In this document: one piece after another, positions 27,116 to 40,337 of the stretch | How the letters are laid out: every line of letters begins with the position of its first letter | Numbering within the stretch: position 1 is the first letter of the stretch | Source: Podarcis vaucheri | Lineage: Eukaryota | Strand: one strand, 5' to 3' | Assembly: GCA_965113315.1 (NCBI GenBank) | Contig: OZ220365.1 | Length of the DNA stretch: 64,000 bases | Notes under the pieces: model-generated | The model's database searches: none | Seen by the model: the letters and a program-made list of their open reading frames with translations, nothing else | Told to the model about the DNA's origin: nothing | Translations under genes and position numbers: made by a program

Positions 27116-27664
27116 CAGGGGTCGGCAAGGTTTACCTCACCTGGGCTGATTCACTCCAGCGGAGATCCCTCCGTGGGCCACAATTTCCGGCACCTGTGTC
27201 TGCGCAGACACAATTTTCGGCGCCTGAGCATGCACAGATGTGATTTCCTGCACCATGTAAGCGAGTCCCCATGCCGCGCTGCGCCGGTTTAGTGCAGAGT
27301 GTGGGGACTCGCCGAGTGGGTGGCTCAGTTTGGGGGCGGCTCATGGGCTGGTTAAACGACCCCCGTGGGCCGCTTGTGGCCCATGGGCCTTAGGTTGTGT
27401 TAAGTTGTGGGTGAACATATCAGACGACACAGCGATTCTTCAAACAGCTCTTGTTTATTCAGAGGCCAGAACAGAACTGAACCGAAGGGTTCAGTCAGCC
27501 TGCTTATATAGAGCTCCAGTACCATGTAACTGTAACCATTTCCCAAAACTATCCAATCACTGAACGTCACTTGAAATCCCTTATTTACATAACTATCTAC
27601 AGTATCCCCCTGCTGGCCCAGGGTGAGAACTTCGATACGGTACATAACAGGTTGCCTACCTCTG
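27116..27664. mobile_element. hAT MITE interrupted by a solo LTR
   Basis: CAGGGGTCGGCAA...TTGCCTACCTCTG; TSD GGGTAGAT/GGGTAGTT. Confidence 0.82.
27398..27649 (-). mobile_element. Solo LTR (252 bp)
   Basis: TGTTA...TAACA termini; 5-bp TSD GGTTG; minus-strand TATATAA (27504-27510) then AATAAA (27454-27459). Confidence 0.85.
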
Positions 27665-29399
27665 GGGTAGTTCAATCCCATATTCAAAAAGGTTGAAATG
27701 CTTATGTTTCAGGGTTTGATTAATTACTCCATCATTTGCCAACAGCTTTGGGCCAGTGGAGACATTTTGATAGTGCTGTAGGTGCTACTCACAAGATGGC
27801 CATCATGGGTTGTGTGGCCACAAAATGGCTGCCACATCTAAAAGAGCAGAAAAAGAGACAGGATCACAAATTGGTATAGCCAGGCCCCTACATCTGCCAC
27901 TGCAACACCCGTTCACAGAGAGAAGCTCTTTGCACTTTTCCTCTGTTCAGAAGGGAAGGGAGGAAGTGCACCCTGGTATCCAAAGAAATGTTGCCATGTT
28001 CAAGGAGACATGTCCAGTACAGGAGAGTCTGGACCTGGAACCAAACTGGAAGAGCAAACATTCATTCACACACTGTGGATTTCTGAGGGGGTATTTACTG
28101 AGACCTTTTGGGTGCACTGTAGCAGGTACTTGTGGGCATATTGGTACCTGCAGGCACCATGCTGACAAGATCTGAATTATTCACACTGGTGGAGCCTCAC
28201 AAACTGCAGAAGCGCAATGCTGTCCAATGGGGTGGCAAGTCTTGCTTAAATTACCTTTCTCTGGCAGGGAACCTGGGATTTTATCAGCCATGTGGCAAGC
28301 AGAAAACTCTGGGAACTCTGGGAATTGTAGTCCTGGGAGGGGTATAGGGGTCTCCTGACAACTCTCAAGAGCCTAACTCCCAGAATTCTTTGGGGGGGAA
28401 GCCATGGCTATTTAAAGTGGCAACATAGTGCTTTAAATGTAGTGTGTGAATGTGGCCAGAGTTCCTGGAGGGGCTGGCATTGAAGTAACCTGATAGTGGG
28501 CCTCGCCTTCTGACCTATTCAGTGCTGGTTTGAACTGGAATATGAGTTCGTGGTTCTCACGTGCTTGTTTGCCTTCTGACAAAACAACATCTAATTTTGT
28601 GCCATGGTCCTGTTTTCCTCTCACTAAAGGGACCCTCTATTAAAAGAAGGGAGAGAAGGGGGGTCTTTAGGACCCAGGCGGCAGAATGAGCAGGTACACA
28701 AGATGTCACCTGGCCACAGTCTTGCCAACCATGGGGAAGATGCATTCTATTTTGGTTTAAAATAACAGCCCTGATGTCTAAACCAGCATGTGCAAATTGT
28801 ATGCAAATATATGTCTTCTTTTGCGCTCTCTCTCTCTCTCTCTCTCTCTGATGCCTGACTCTGCCTTTCCACGGCCATCTCTTTGAACACATGGAATGCG
28901 CACAGCCCTGAGCTACAGCCAACCCAACACTTCAGAGGGGCGTTACGTGATTTATTTATTAGCAACAATGGATTCTTTTCATAATTCAAGCGTGTGCTCA
29001 ATTATTTATTTCTCCTCTAAATAGGGAAAGGATCTTCAATATTTGATGGCCCCAGCTTCCCTAGCTCCCACTGCATTTACTAGGACCCTCCTTTCTCCTG
29101 GTACATTTCATGGACACTGGCAAACAGGAACAGATCCACAGGAGCTGTAAAAAGCTTTTAAATCTGTTAAAAGAGGATTGGACAAATTCATGGAGGAGAG
29201 GGCTCTCGGTGGCTACTGGGAATGGTGGCTATGCTCTGCCTTGAGAGCCAGTAATATTTCTTTTCAAGGAACTCTGGGAACTGTAGCTCTGTTAGGGGGT
29301 CTCTTAACAACTCTCAGCACCCTTAACAGACTCAGATTCCTTTGATGTGGTTGGGGGGAGAACCATGACTAGGCAATCCATCCATCTAAACCTTCACTG

Positions 29400-30070
29400 G
29401 CACATAGACAAAACTTCGAAAGGTTCAGTACAGTAAAACCGCTCAGCAAAATCTACACCTAACAGTTAAAACACTGCTGTATAATATTCATGAATCCTCA
29501 TTGCGTGTTACAGAGACCTGGCTACTATCTCCATCTTATCCCCATCCTGAGGAACCCATCCATTAGGAAGGTTACCTTACTTTGTCTGAGAGCCACTGCC
29601 TGCTAACAACCAACTGATTAATGAACATAGATCGAACTGTGTGATACAACAGGTAGTGCAAAAGAACATGCATGACTGGTTCTATACCATTCAGTCCACG
29701 GGGGCATAGTCTTTCTGTGAGGAGTATTTTCTGGACTGCTCCCTCTAGCATTGCTGAAGGTAGCGCATTCAGTCTCGCTAGCATGTACGCCCTGTGTTGA
29801 TTCAGGTTGGTCAAATGGGAGAGATAAGTCGCTGTTGGCTATTCACATTGCACCATTCCCAGACATGCACAGTCCCTATTCCTGATTTGGCTACTAAGTT
29901 CTTGAAATTCGTTGTCTAACAATCTACGGTTTAATGATCTCAAATGCAGCCTTTTCTGATAACCCGTACAGGGAGTCTAGTGAGATTCCTATCGGTTTAG
30001 TTTTGTTCTTAACCCTCCTGATGATTGGCATTCAGCTAACATGGCCGCAACAAGACTATTAGATTCAGAT
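29400..30070 (-). mobile_element. Degenerate non-LTR retrotransposon ORF C-terminus (clade uncertain)
   Basis: LARLNALPSAMLEG...ERLCP...IEPVMHVLLH resembles a decayed CCHC zinc-knuckle region; boundaries approximate. Confidence 0.55.
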
Positions 30071-30189
30071 CTGTAATGCAGCCGAAAGTCAACATGGTAT
30101 TGTAGTGCTTTGAATGTCTAGGGTGAATGTGGTCAGGGTCTGTATGCTGAGGTGAGCCACTCCCATGGCTCTCTCATTCTTTTCTTTCT

Positions 30190-30840
30190 TTCTTAATTTT
30201 TTATTTTATTTTGACAAAGTAATAATCATAAATAAGAATAAAAATGTGCACCCCAACCACCGAGACCATTCCATTGTAACTATCCAACCTCCCAAAATTT
30301 CAACACCTCTTGTGACAGTTTGACCCTTTTCCGTTTTAACAGTACAAATTCTACAAACACCCTCCATATCTCCTCAAAATCATTTCTCCTGCATATTCCC
30401 CGTCCTATCTTAATAGCACGTTAATATATCATTAATAGCTATATCTCACACCTCCTTATACCGTTCTTCCATTTTATATTCTGCTTGCCCCTTCCACTTC
30501 CTAGCTATAATAACATGTGCAGCTGTCAATAAATTTGTAAGCAAGTCTATAGCCTGCCAAACTTCCACCCCATCGTAAATTGATAATAATGCTACCTCTG
30601 GACTTTCACTCAGCTTTAACCCAGTGATTTCTGTTATCTCCTTAAACACCCTTTGCCAGAAAAATTGTACATATTTACACCCCCACCACATGTGAACATA
30701 ATTCCTGTTTCCTGGCATCTCCTCCAACATAACACCGAATATTCCCTATTTATTTGATTTAATCTGACTGGTGTTAAATACCATCTCCAAACTAATTTAT
30801 AATAGTTTTCTTTTATTCTTATAGACAACATTGTCAATGT
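30190..30840 (-). mobile_element. L1-clade LINE ORF2 C-terminal fragment with A-rich tail
   Basis: KENYYKLVWRWYLTPVRL..CWRRCQETG..HMWWGCKYVQFFW..IARKWK (Cys-rich domain of vertebrate L1), frameshifted; T-rich plus-strand run at ~30180-30210. Confidence 0.82.
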
Positions 30841-31009
30841 ACATTTCACCTCCTTCTCTCCCCACCCGCTGCCACTGCTCCACCTTTTTTGCAGTGCATG
30901 CACCCATTTTATTTTATTTTATTTTATTGCATTCCCCTCTATTTCTCTCCCTCTAGGCTTCTTCCCCTAGCTGCTGAGAGACATAGGGACACAAAAGTCA
31001 TATGCTGTT

Positions 31010-31220
31010 GCCGTGGTTGCAGCAATGCTGGAAAGCCAGGGTTCGAATCCCCACTGAGCCATGAAGCTCTCTGTGTGACCTTGGACCAGTCACTGTCTCT
31101 TAGTCTAACTTACCCTCACAGGGTTGTCGTGAGGATAAAATGGTGAGGGGGGAGAACCATAGGTGGTGCCTTGTGCTCCTTGGGGGGAAAGCCAGATATA
31201 AATGTACAAATAAATAATAT
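31010..31220 (+). mobile_element. MIR/CORE-like tRNA SINE
   Basis: gggttcgaatcccc..tgtgaccttggaccagtcac..tctc..cctcacagggttgtcgtgaggataaaatg core; A-rich end. Confidence 0.75.
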
Positions 31221-34200
31221 AATTGGTTCCCAATCCCTAATTTAAATCAGTGCATCCATCCTGCTTTGAATTCTCTGCTGCTATTCTAGACTGTCTTTAG
31301 GAGCAGTCCAATTCTAGGAGCCTTATCTACAAGAGATGCATGAAATTTGCTCCCTGCACATTAAAAGGTATTGGTCCAGTAACTGCAGCAAAGACTGCAA
31401 TATCCATTTGACCAGCAGTCCATCTCGAAAAGATCAATACAAATAAAATAAAATAAAAAGGGAACTTGTAAATCAGCAGATATCTAGGTGGTTATATCAT
31501 CTATAGTGGAAGAAGTGTGGGGAGAAGAGGAGAGAAAAATAAAATATTTCGGCTTTCCCCTTTCTAACCCAGAGCATGGTTTGCTATCGTGTTCCAAAAG
31601 AAAGAAAAATAAAAGACATCTGCTAAATAATGTGGTTAGAAAAGATTCCTCTAAATAATGCAAACTTAAAGAGCACCGATGTATTTTCTTACGAAATGAC
31701 ATAAACCTCGGTGGTTGATGCACAGCCTCGACTATATATAAAGCCAGCTCAGTCAAGTAGAAGTCCCCTTGGGCCTGTGGTGGAAACTTGCCTTTCCCAA
31801 ATACGTTGAACACACAAGCCCAAGGCTGAAATGCAGGATTGCTGAGATCAGGGCTATTCTGGTGCAGACAAGTTATGCACTGCTGATAGGGGAGGATTAA
31901 TGAGCCAGTCTGCTCATCCGTTGCAATTAGAAACAACACACTGGAACTATTCTGGGGCTGTTTCTGCGCCGAGAACGACAGCTTATCAGAGCCCAGCCTC
32001 TTGTAGGCCTCCATGGAAAATGAGGCGAGTTATAAATATAGGGTAATCAAACTGGGAGCAGAATCATACATGCCGCTCTTTGTTTATCGAGGCAAAGGGC
32101 TGTTTCTTAGCAGTCACGGAACAGTCTTCATAAAGGATAGAGGGAGCAGCCATAGCAGGATTTTTAGTGTCTCTTTATCAAGAAACTCAGATTGTCCGAG
32201 TATTGTTTACCCACAGAAGGGTGCACAACAGCTCACAGCTCAGTGGCAAGAGCAACTGATTCAGCTGAAGAAGATCCCAGGTTCAGTTCCCAGCACTGAC
32301 ATGGAGAGGTCTGTGGCCTCAGAACCTGGAGGTTTCATATTGCCACCATGGCTAGAAGCGTTTCCCTTCTTTATCTACAATCCCCTTTTAAATCCTCACA
32401 GAATCAGAGAATAGTAGTGTCGGAAGGGACACCAAGGGTCATCTAGCCCAACCCCAGCAGGAACTTCCTAAATTAGTATCACCACACCTTGTTGCAGTTG
32501 GTTCCATCAGTTAGGAATCTAGGGAGCTGCCTTCTACTGAGACAGACCATTGCTCCACCTAGCTCAGTGTTGTCTACCCTGACAGAAACCATCCTCATGA
32601 ACTTTCCATGGTATTCAGAGTCTGCCAATGGATTAGAATTACATTTGGAAGATTCTGGAAATTTGCAACCTAAAAAATGCACACCACTGAGTGCTTAAGA
32701 GGTATGTGGTCCCTTACTATTGGCCAAGTTACATACATATAAAAAGACACTGTAAATATAACCATTGTGAAATTTGGAGAGCCCTTTCCTCTTTACGCTT
32801 TCTGAAATTTAGTCTACATGCTGTTAAGCATATGCTTAACAAATTGTTGAATGAAATGTGTGTTTTGTATTTTAGTTATTATGGTATAGAGGAATGTGCT
32901 AAGTTTAATGGGTTGTGCCCAATGTTAGTCATACTCAGCAGAAACCCGCTGAAATTAATGGACATGACTAACATACGTGCATCAATTTCAGTGGGTCAAG
33001 TTCCAGTAAAATGGAGCTTGATGCAGCCCAATATTTTTAACCTTTTCAGGATGGGTACAAAGAATTGGAGAAGCAGCCCTAGAAACTAGCCAGCTCATTT
33101 TAGTCAAATGTTCTCTCATCATTTTTTCCTAAAGTTCAGGAGCCATCTACTTGTGGCCCTTCTTTGTATTGAGGAGAAACAAAATCAAGACAGAAAGTCT
33201 ACTACATTCAGAGAAAGCAAAAATAATCAATCCTTGTATAAAAATAGTTTAATAAAGGCATAAAATTTCAAGAAAATATATGTATAGTAACAACATTGTT
33301 GAGTAAAAGTGCACAGCAATTTACACATCTGGGGTCAATATACACAGTGTTCTTTTGACACACCTCACTTCACTTTATTCTGCCTGTACAGAATTTGATC
33401 TGAAGCAGCTGGTTGGGGAGCCTTCACTGTAGTACAAAAATCCCACAAAGGTCATCTAACTGGAACATCTCTCTAATCATTCCAAATTCATACTAATAGG
33501 AGGCACAATTCACTGGGAAGTTCTTCAGCATGCTCCATTGAAATGAACGGGAACTGCATAAAAGCACTCATTTTAATGGCACGAGCAGCAGAACTTTACC
33601 ATGGATTATATCCAAGCTTTGGACTGGCAAAGGGAGCAAAGACTAGCACATCTAAATGAGAGGTCAGTGATAAATGCCCACTTTATAAGCCGCATCTCAC
33701 ACTGATGTGACCATGGCCAAAACAATAAAATAAGGCTGGGTGGGCAAATGAAGTCAGCTGTAGCTCAAACACAAAAAACTATTCAAAAGCACAAGGAGCT
33801 GGACACCAAAAGGCCTTTTCCATGTGGGTGTTAAAATTAGTCAGCGAACTAGTAGAGGAATGGGGAAAGCAAGGCTCTGCAGTTTTTTCCATGGAATGGA
33901 TTGTTACTGAGCCTCCATTCTGCTTCTAGCCTGCTGTTTCCCCAATTGAAATTCTAGCAAATGCAATTGAATCATGTTTTTTTAAAAATGTGGAAAATGC
34001 TCCAAGTGGTGCAAAATGGTAATTGGTTAGCAGGCTGCTGACCAAGAGGAAATCCCACATTACTGAGGAATTCCCTCATGTTACTGATTCATCTCTTAAT
34101 ACTTAAAATGGAGGCATGGATACCTCCTAGGTTTGCCATATTTTGAAGAGCAAGAAAAGAGGACACTATGATGACTCTCATTTTAAATACTCCTACTATA

Positions 34201-35339
34201 TGTAGGCTAGAGAAGCTGTGATATATTGCTGAAGGGAACTGGAGAAGAGAAGAAGGAAGCAAGTCTTCAACTACCAGTTATGTCTATGTCTCATCCAGAA
34301 AGTATACCTTCAACATTCAAGCATATGGACTATATGCTTTGAAATTCTCCCTTCAGGCATGCGGACAACTAGGGATCAGTGCATGTGCTTGGCAAGTGTT
34401 AGCGATGTGTGAAAAACCACTAGCTAAAAACCCTAGGTGGATGTAGCCTACAATAATCAATATTTTCCCTACCTAGCTAGCTAATCAACCCTTGCTCCAC
34501 ATATACTCATCACAAAAATAGCAGCTCTCTGGAAAATGCTGGAGATGGCAGCTTGCAGAATAAACCTGCAGTGAAAAAGGAGAATGGGAGCAATATAAAA
34601 TTGACCCAAAATGGTATTGGATGTCTGTACTACAGAGTACTCAAGGCCTGTTTAAGACTGCATGGGAGCCACGAAAGCAGCATTCACCAGTGTGCCCTGT
34701 AGCTGCCATCTCGTATGAGCATCTGGACACACATATCAGTCTGGGCCAGGTGGATATGCTTGGGGTATGCCAATTCTACATGCAGATCAACTTGTTGCCC
34801 AGGCACTTTCAGACAAGATTAAACCATGGTTTATCAGACTGAAAACGAGTTATATTAACATGCATCCTCTTCCCTTTCTGTTGTGCATCTATGACTTTTC
34901 TTTAAAAAAAACCTGTCATTTCTTATTAAGTCTGAGAAACTGTTCTTTAAGAAACCCCAGAAGGTAGGGTTGGGGTCCTCTAGATGTTGCCAGCTCCACT
35001 GCCCATCGCTCTTGACCATTGGCCAAGCTGGCGAGAGTTGGACTCTGAACAACATTGGGAGGACCACAGGTTCCCTATCCCTGAGAGAAAGGGAGAAGGA
35101 AGTGTATGGGCATCATATGCATTCTTTGTCCAACAAACCATGGTTTCACTGGACCAAGGCCATAGTTAGATGAGATAGGAGCCACATGGAACATCTGCAT
35201 GGCAAGTACTCCCCGCCCTTGTGCCACAATCTGTCTTCCCACCACCGCACCATGCCCTGCTGCTTCTTGCAAGTGGAAAGCTAACTACACAGGGGCGTTC
35301 ACGAAAGAAATAAGGGAAAGGAGACACACGCACAATTTC

Positions 35340-36371
35340 TAAAACAGTTTTCATTTTTATAATCAAACTTTTTACATGAACAGAAAAACACACCAGTATT
35401 TTGTGCGAAAAAATATTTTAAATAAACTTTGCTTGTTCTTGATCTTTGTACATTCTGATATACATATTTAACAAGGTGTATGGCACTATACCCAGAATCG
35501 GAAAAGGGGAAAAAATAATTGCTTTGTTTGTTGTTGTATACCTTCTTCTAAATCAAGCCAGCCACCTTTATGCTATTTAAAAATATTATTAATATTATTA
35601 ATGGGCAGCCAGCTGTAACTGGTTTGAACACTCAAAATAAAGAACTCTTTCCATTACTCAAAACTATTATTGCACAAGAAGCCAGTAAAGGCATATGGCG
35701 TAAAATGGTCATGTCCCTTGGTGTTAGCCTACCCCCAACCCCCAAATAGAAAAATAGTACCAGAAGATGAAACACAGCAAATAAAAAGATTTTCTCTAGT
35801 CAAGACGGCGAGAAGGGATTTGCAGATAGTTTTAAGCTGCTCTGATCTTCTTTGCACCAGCAAGCATTTTGCTTAGGGTTTCTTTAGCAAAGCCTTTGCA
35901 AACTCAAGGCCGCCCGTGGATTTTAGTTGTCTTTTCGCTTTTTTATTTTGGCTGGTTGTATTTTATTTTGGGAAAGAAACATAGCTGTCTTCGGTCTATG
36001 AACCTGCACAGACTACTTAGTCATAATCTCTACAAGTAGCTGAATAACAAAAAAGGGAAGAAAAAAATATATAGTGTCCAGTTTCTCTCTTACACGCATG
36101 GAGACTTTTAAAACTGGTTTCTTCAAAGCATCCCCACATCATCCACTTTTCAAGAAGGGACTTCCAAAGGTATCTTGCCCAACGCTTGTGAAGTCCTTGT
36201 ATTTTTAAAACCTTTTCTTCAAAAAGGTTCCTGTCCAAAGTTTTGTCTTATAATAAACCCTTCTCAATAAAGCTAAAAAGGAAAAAAAACAAACTGGGGA
36301 AATCCAAGCCTTCCAAGTCCATGTCAAGTGAAGAATACGAACATTTTTTTTAGTCACATGCTTCTTTGCCA
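35340..36371 (-). other. DUSP10: DUSP10 3' UTR (probable proximal extent)
   Basis: AT-rich, repeat-free stretch after the stop codon. Variant poly(A) signal TATAAA (35356-35361, minus) followed by GU/U-rich ttgtgcgtgtgtctcctttccc. The 3' end is inferred. Confidence 0.65.
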
Positions 36372-36671
<300 letters not shown>

Positions 36672-38477
36672 TCACTTCAGTGAGTGAAAGCCAGAGGTCA
36701 AGAGACCTGAGCTCCTAATGCATTCCTCAAAATAAGCAGCCGCCAGAGATTCACTCACTTAGAGTTGGGAAGCCTATAGCCCCTGCAGAGGTTACTGGGC
36801 TAGAACCTCACCTATGCACCTAATTTCTCTCATTTGCAACTCGGAAGTGGCCAAAAATCATTGTGCCCCTCTCCCTCCCTAGATTTGTAGATTATTCTTG
36901 CTATTACCAATTCCAGGCTAATGCATTTTTAAAATATTGCTCCCTAGAGAAATGCACGTTTCTATGGACTCACACATTATATTATACAATTTGTACTCCT
37001 AACAATGTTGGACATGTAGAATATGCTACAAACCAGCTCCTGACATCAGGGAGAATGTACTCACATGACCAAAATAAACAGCGGGTTTTGAAAACTAGGT
37101 GCATTGCCTCCAAATGATGTAAGGCTTTCACACCATACCAAGTGAACCCACAGACAGGACAAACTTGAGAATATGTAACACATGCCATTCCCATCATTTG
37201 CAATATGCAAGTCCCACTTTTTTTTAATACCACTTTGTTCATGCACATTTTTGGGGTGGTGTCTGGACCATGGTCACAATGGCCTCCGTTAGTGCACATT
37301 CTTCGTTCAACAACATAACACAACCATTGTGGAATGCCAGGGGGACGGGGGGAGCTTTAGATCTGGGAAACTGCAATTATATAATAAAACAAAAAGTGCT
37401 GATTTTATATTAAAACATAATGTCGTGGTGTAGAATGCACCTGTTCTGGGGGTATTTGTGTATGTGCACCATAGGAGGCAACTCCTAGGGGTCAAATAAA
37501 ATATGTGAGCCCCCCCTCCCACTTGGTGGGCATTGTAATTCAAATAGTGTGCATGTGCCAGGTCTTGTTATCAGTTGTGTGGGGCGGGACTTGCCTGCTC
37601 CCCCCCCCCAATATTTTATTCAAGTTGGCATCCTGGGTACACATTCACATTGATCTTCTCTTGAAACACAGGGAACAGCAAGGAGGAAAAATGAAGTGCT
37701 GCCTTAAGGGAAGGGAAAATCATTATTAGATAAATTCTGGGTGGCAGATGTGGTTTGTTCTACATGCCACAGGTGACCCTCCCCACACAACCTTTTCTCC
37801 CAATAGCCCTTCTGATCTGGTAGGGGGGAAATATTCATCTTTTTTTTTACACTCCAGCAAGTCATGTGTGCCTTTTATCCAAGGCTCACCAAAAGCCAGC
37901 GGAATTATGGAAACCACATAGAATCCAGAATTTTTGTTTCGAAATTGTTAAGTTTTTGTCATTCATGAGTTTTGCAAGGGCCAATTCACACATTAAGGGA
38001 CAGGAACCTGGGAATGCTGGGAAGCCACATTCCCCCTGCAGCAAACCTGCAGTTCCTAATGTGTTGAGCGTGTGCTTCTCCACATTTGCATATATCTTTA
38101 GCTGCATAAAAGGTGATGTGAAAGTGACCTTCAAAGTGACCTAAGCCAGGTGGATTGGTGGCCTGATCCAGCACGGCTTGTCTTACGGAACCAGACTGTG
38201 CTTCAGGTTGATTCTTGGGAAGGACACACATTGATTTTCCACAGGCCTTCTGCCTTTATTTCAGCCTTCATAAAACCCTGCTTTGGGAGCAGGGAGAAAA
38301 TCTATTTAAGACACCCAGATCTTTGCAGATCCAATTTAAACTGTCCCTAGGGCAAAGCTAAGCTCTGACTAGTTACTTAACAGAATATTTATCCTACTAA
38401 AAAGTCAAGACAAAGAAATATATGTTCATCAAACATGCAGGCATAGCTCTAGGATATAGTTACCAAAGTGAAAAGGG

Positions 38478-38605
38478 NNNNNNNNNNNNNNNNNNNNNNN
38501 NNNNNNNNNNNNNNNNNNNNNNNNNNNNNNNNNNNNNNNNNNNNNNNNNNNNNNNNNNNNNNNNNNNNNNNNNNNNNNNNNNNNNNNNNNNNNNNNNNNN
38601 NNNNN
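38478..38605. other. Assembly gap (128 N)
   Basis: Run of N. Confidence 1.
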
Positions 38606-38859
38606 CCTTAAGTGGTATTTAAGAGACAGTCTGTAAAAGCATTGGTTAAAAAAGGACCAGTCAAGAGTAGACATTTTTTGCCCTCTATTTCATTGTCCTC
38701 CCATATTTATGACACAGTGGTAAAAGAAAGATGCAAAAAGGGACCAAGATTTCCAAAAAGACAACTCTGCCTCTGCTTTCCTTTATTATGAACATCTGCC
38801 ATAAACACAAGAAGGCATTAACGGTATGTTAAACAGGAAAAAATACTGGGCCTCAAAAC

Positions 38860-39025
38860 ATTGAACAAGCTTTTGAGTTCTCCAGAACTCTTCATCATTG
38901 TATTGTATGTCTATGCAAAGTCTATACAGCGTGGGGGTGGGAGAGGAAAAACACAACAAAAGAACTTTAAAAGCTTGCTCACTATTTTTGTGATGTTTTG
39001 GTTGGTCCAAATAAAAGGAATTGCT
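38860..39025. mobile_element. Degraded inverted Penelope-like remnant
   Basis: Minus tgatgaagagttctggagaactcaaaagcttg, and plus aaagcttgc...ttggttggtccaaataaaagg. Confidence 0.5.
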
Positions 39026-40011
39026 CAACTGTGGATTTCAGAACTCTGGCACTGAGTAAACATTTTTGTCATTTGGTGAGATCAGTGACTTCAAGAGAGA
39101 AAGGCTTGCAATCTCCTTTGGTTGTGGTTAAAAGCAGTTAAATTTTCAAATGGGAGAAATCCTGTAGTCGTATCTCTTACTGTAGTAGAATTTAGGATTA
39201 GTAATATCAGGTGGTACCTTTCTAGGAAGAAAGCCACCAAATTATTTTTCCCTGATAGGAAGGATAGGAAAACTGACTAAGAGCCACAGCAGATCAGCCC
39301 AAAGGCTGATCCTCCTTCGTACAGTGACTAATCAGACGCCTCTGGAAAGCCCCCAGGCATGACATGCATGGGGGCAACTGGCTTCTCTCACTGCTGATCA
39401 TCACAAAAGGTTTTTAGAGGCCTAATGCCTCTGAAACCAAAGGTAGTATACAGTTAGGGATGGGGAAATAAGTTGTTCAGTCTGCTTTTCACAGCAGACT
39501 GATGTGATCCAGTGCTCCCAAAAATGCAGGCAGATCAGAATGTAAATCCCCTGTCAATTATGTACTTTTCTAGATGTTGCAGTATAGCTTGTGTGCAGAT
39601 TATGTGCACAAAAATATAACTTTTGTGTGAGAGATACAAGCAAATTGTATATGTTACAGATTGGAGAAGCATTAAAAAGTGTGCATTCTGCATACAAAAT
39701 GCACAAAATTTAAATGTGGATTATATTTATCATCTATCGATCTATCTATCATCTCCATCCCAGAACAAAATGAGCCTGTGTCTGAGCACCATCAAGATTG
39801 AAATGAGAAAGAGTTAGGCTGTTCAATCCATCTCCTATGTAGAGCTGCCATGACTAGCAGTCATTGATAGCCTTATCTTCCACGAATTGGTATATTCCTT
39901 CTTTTTGGAAATATTCACATTGGTGGCCATCGCCACATCTTCTGGCAGCAAAATCCCCTATTTCTACAACCCCTTTAGCCAATATTCTTACTCTGAAAGG
40001 TAAAGCCAAAC

Positions 40012-40194
40012 GGGAACGCCCTCCCATCAGATGTCAAAGAGATAAACAACTACCTGACATTTAGAAGACATCTGAAGGCAGCCCTGTTCAGAGAAGTTTT
40101 TAATGTGTGACATTTTAATGTATTTTTAATCTTTGTTGGAAGCCGCCCAGAGTGGCTGGGGAAGCCCAGTCAAATTTGTGAGGTACAAATAATA

Positions 40195-40232
<38 letters not shown>

Positions 40233-40250
40233 GTATTAGTATTAGTATTA
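40012..40250 (+). mobile_element. L2 3' end fragment
   Basis: ggaacgccctcccatcagatgtcaaag...gcagccctgttcag...(ATT)n, near-identical to 18930-19157. Confidence 0.9.
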
Positions 40251-40337
40251 TTTTCAGTGTATGCCCTAGAATACCCCACTGATGTCACCTTCTGTGCACT
40301 GGGGTGTTCATAGAAGCTCCTCGCTGTTTATACTGTA

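Noticed and set aside
31484-32414. Divergent 176-aa and 133-aa ORFs sharing one CCATGG
   Set aside because: No recognisable domains, composition typical of non-coding DNA, and the plus ORF runs into SINE remnants; likely chance.
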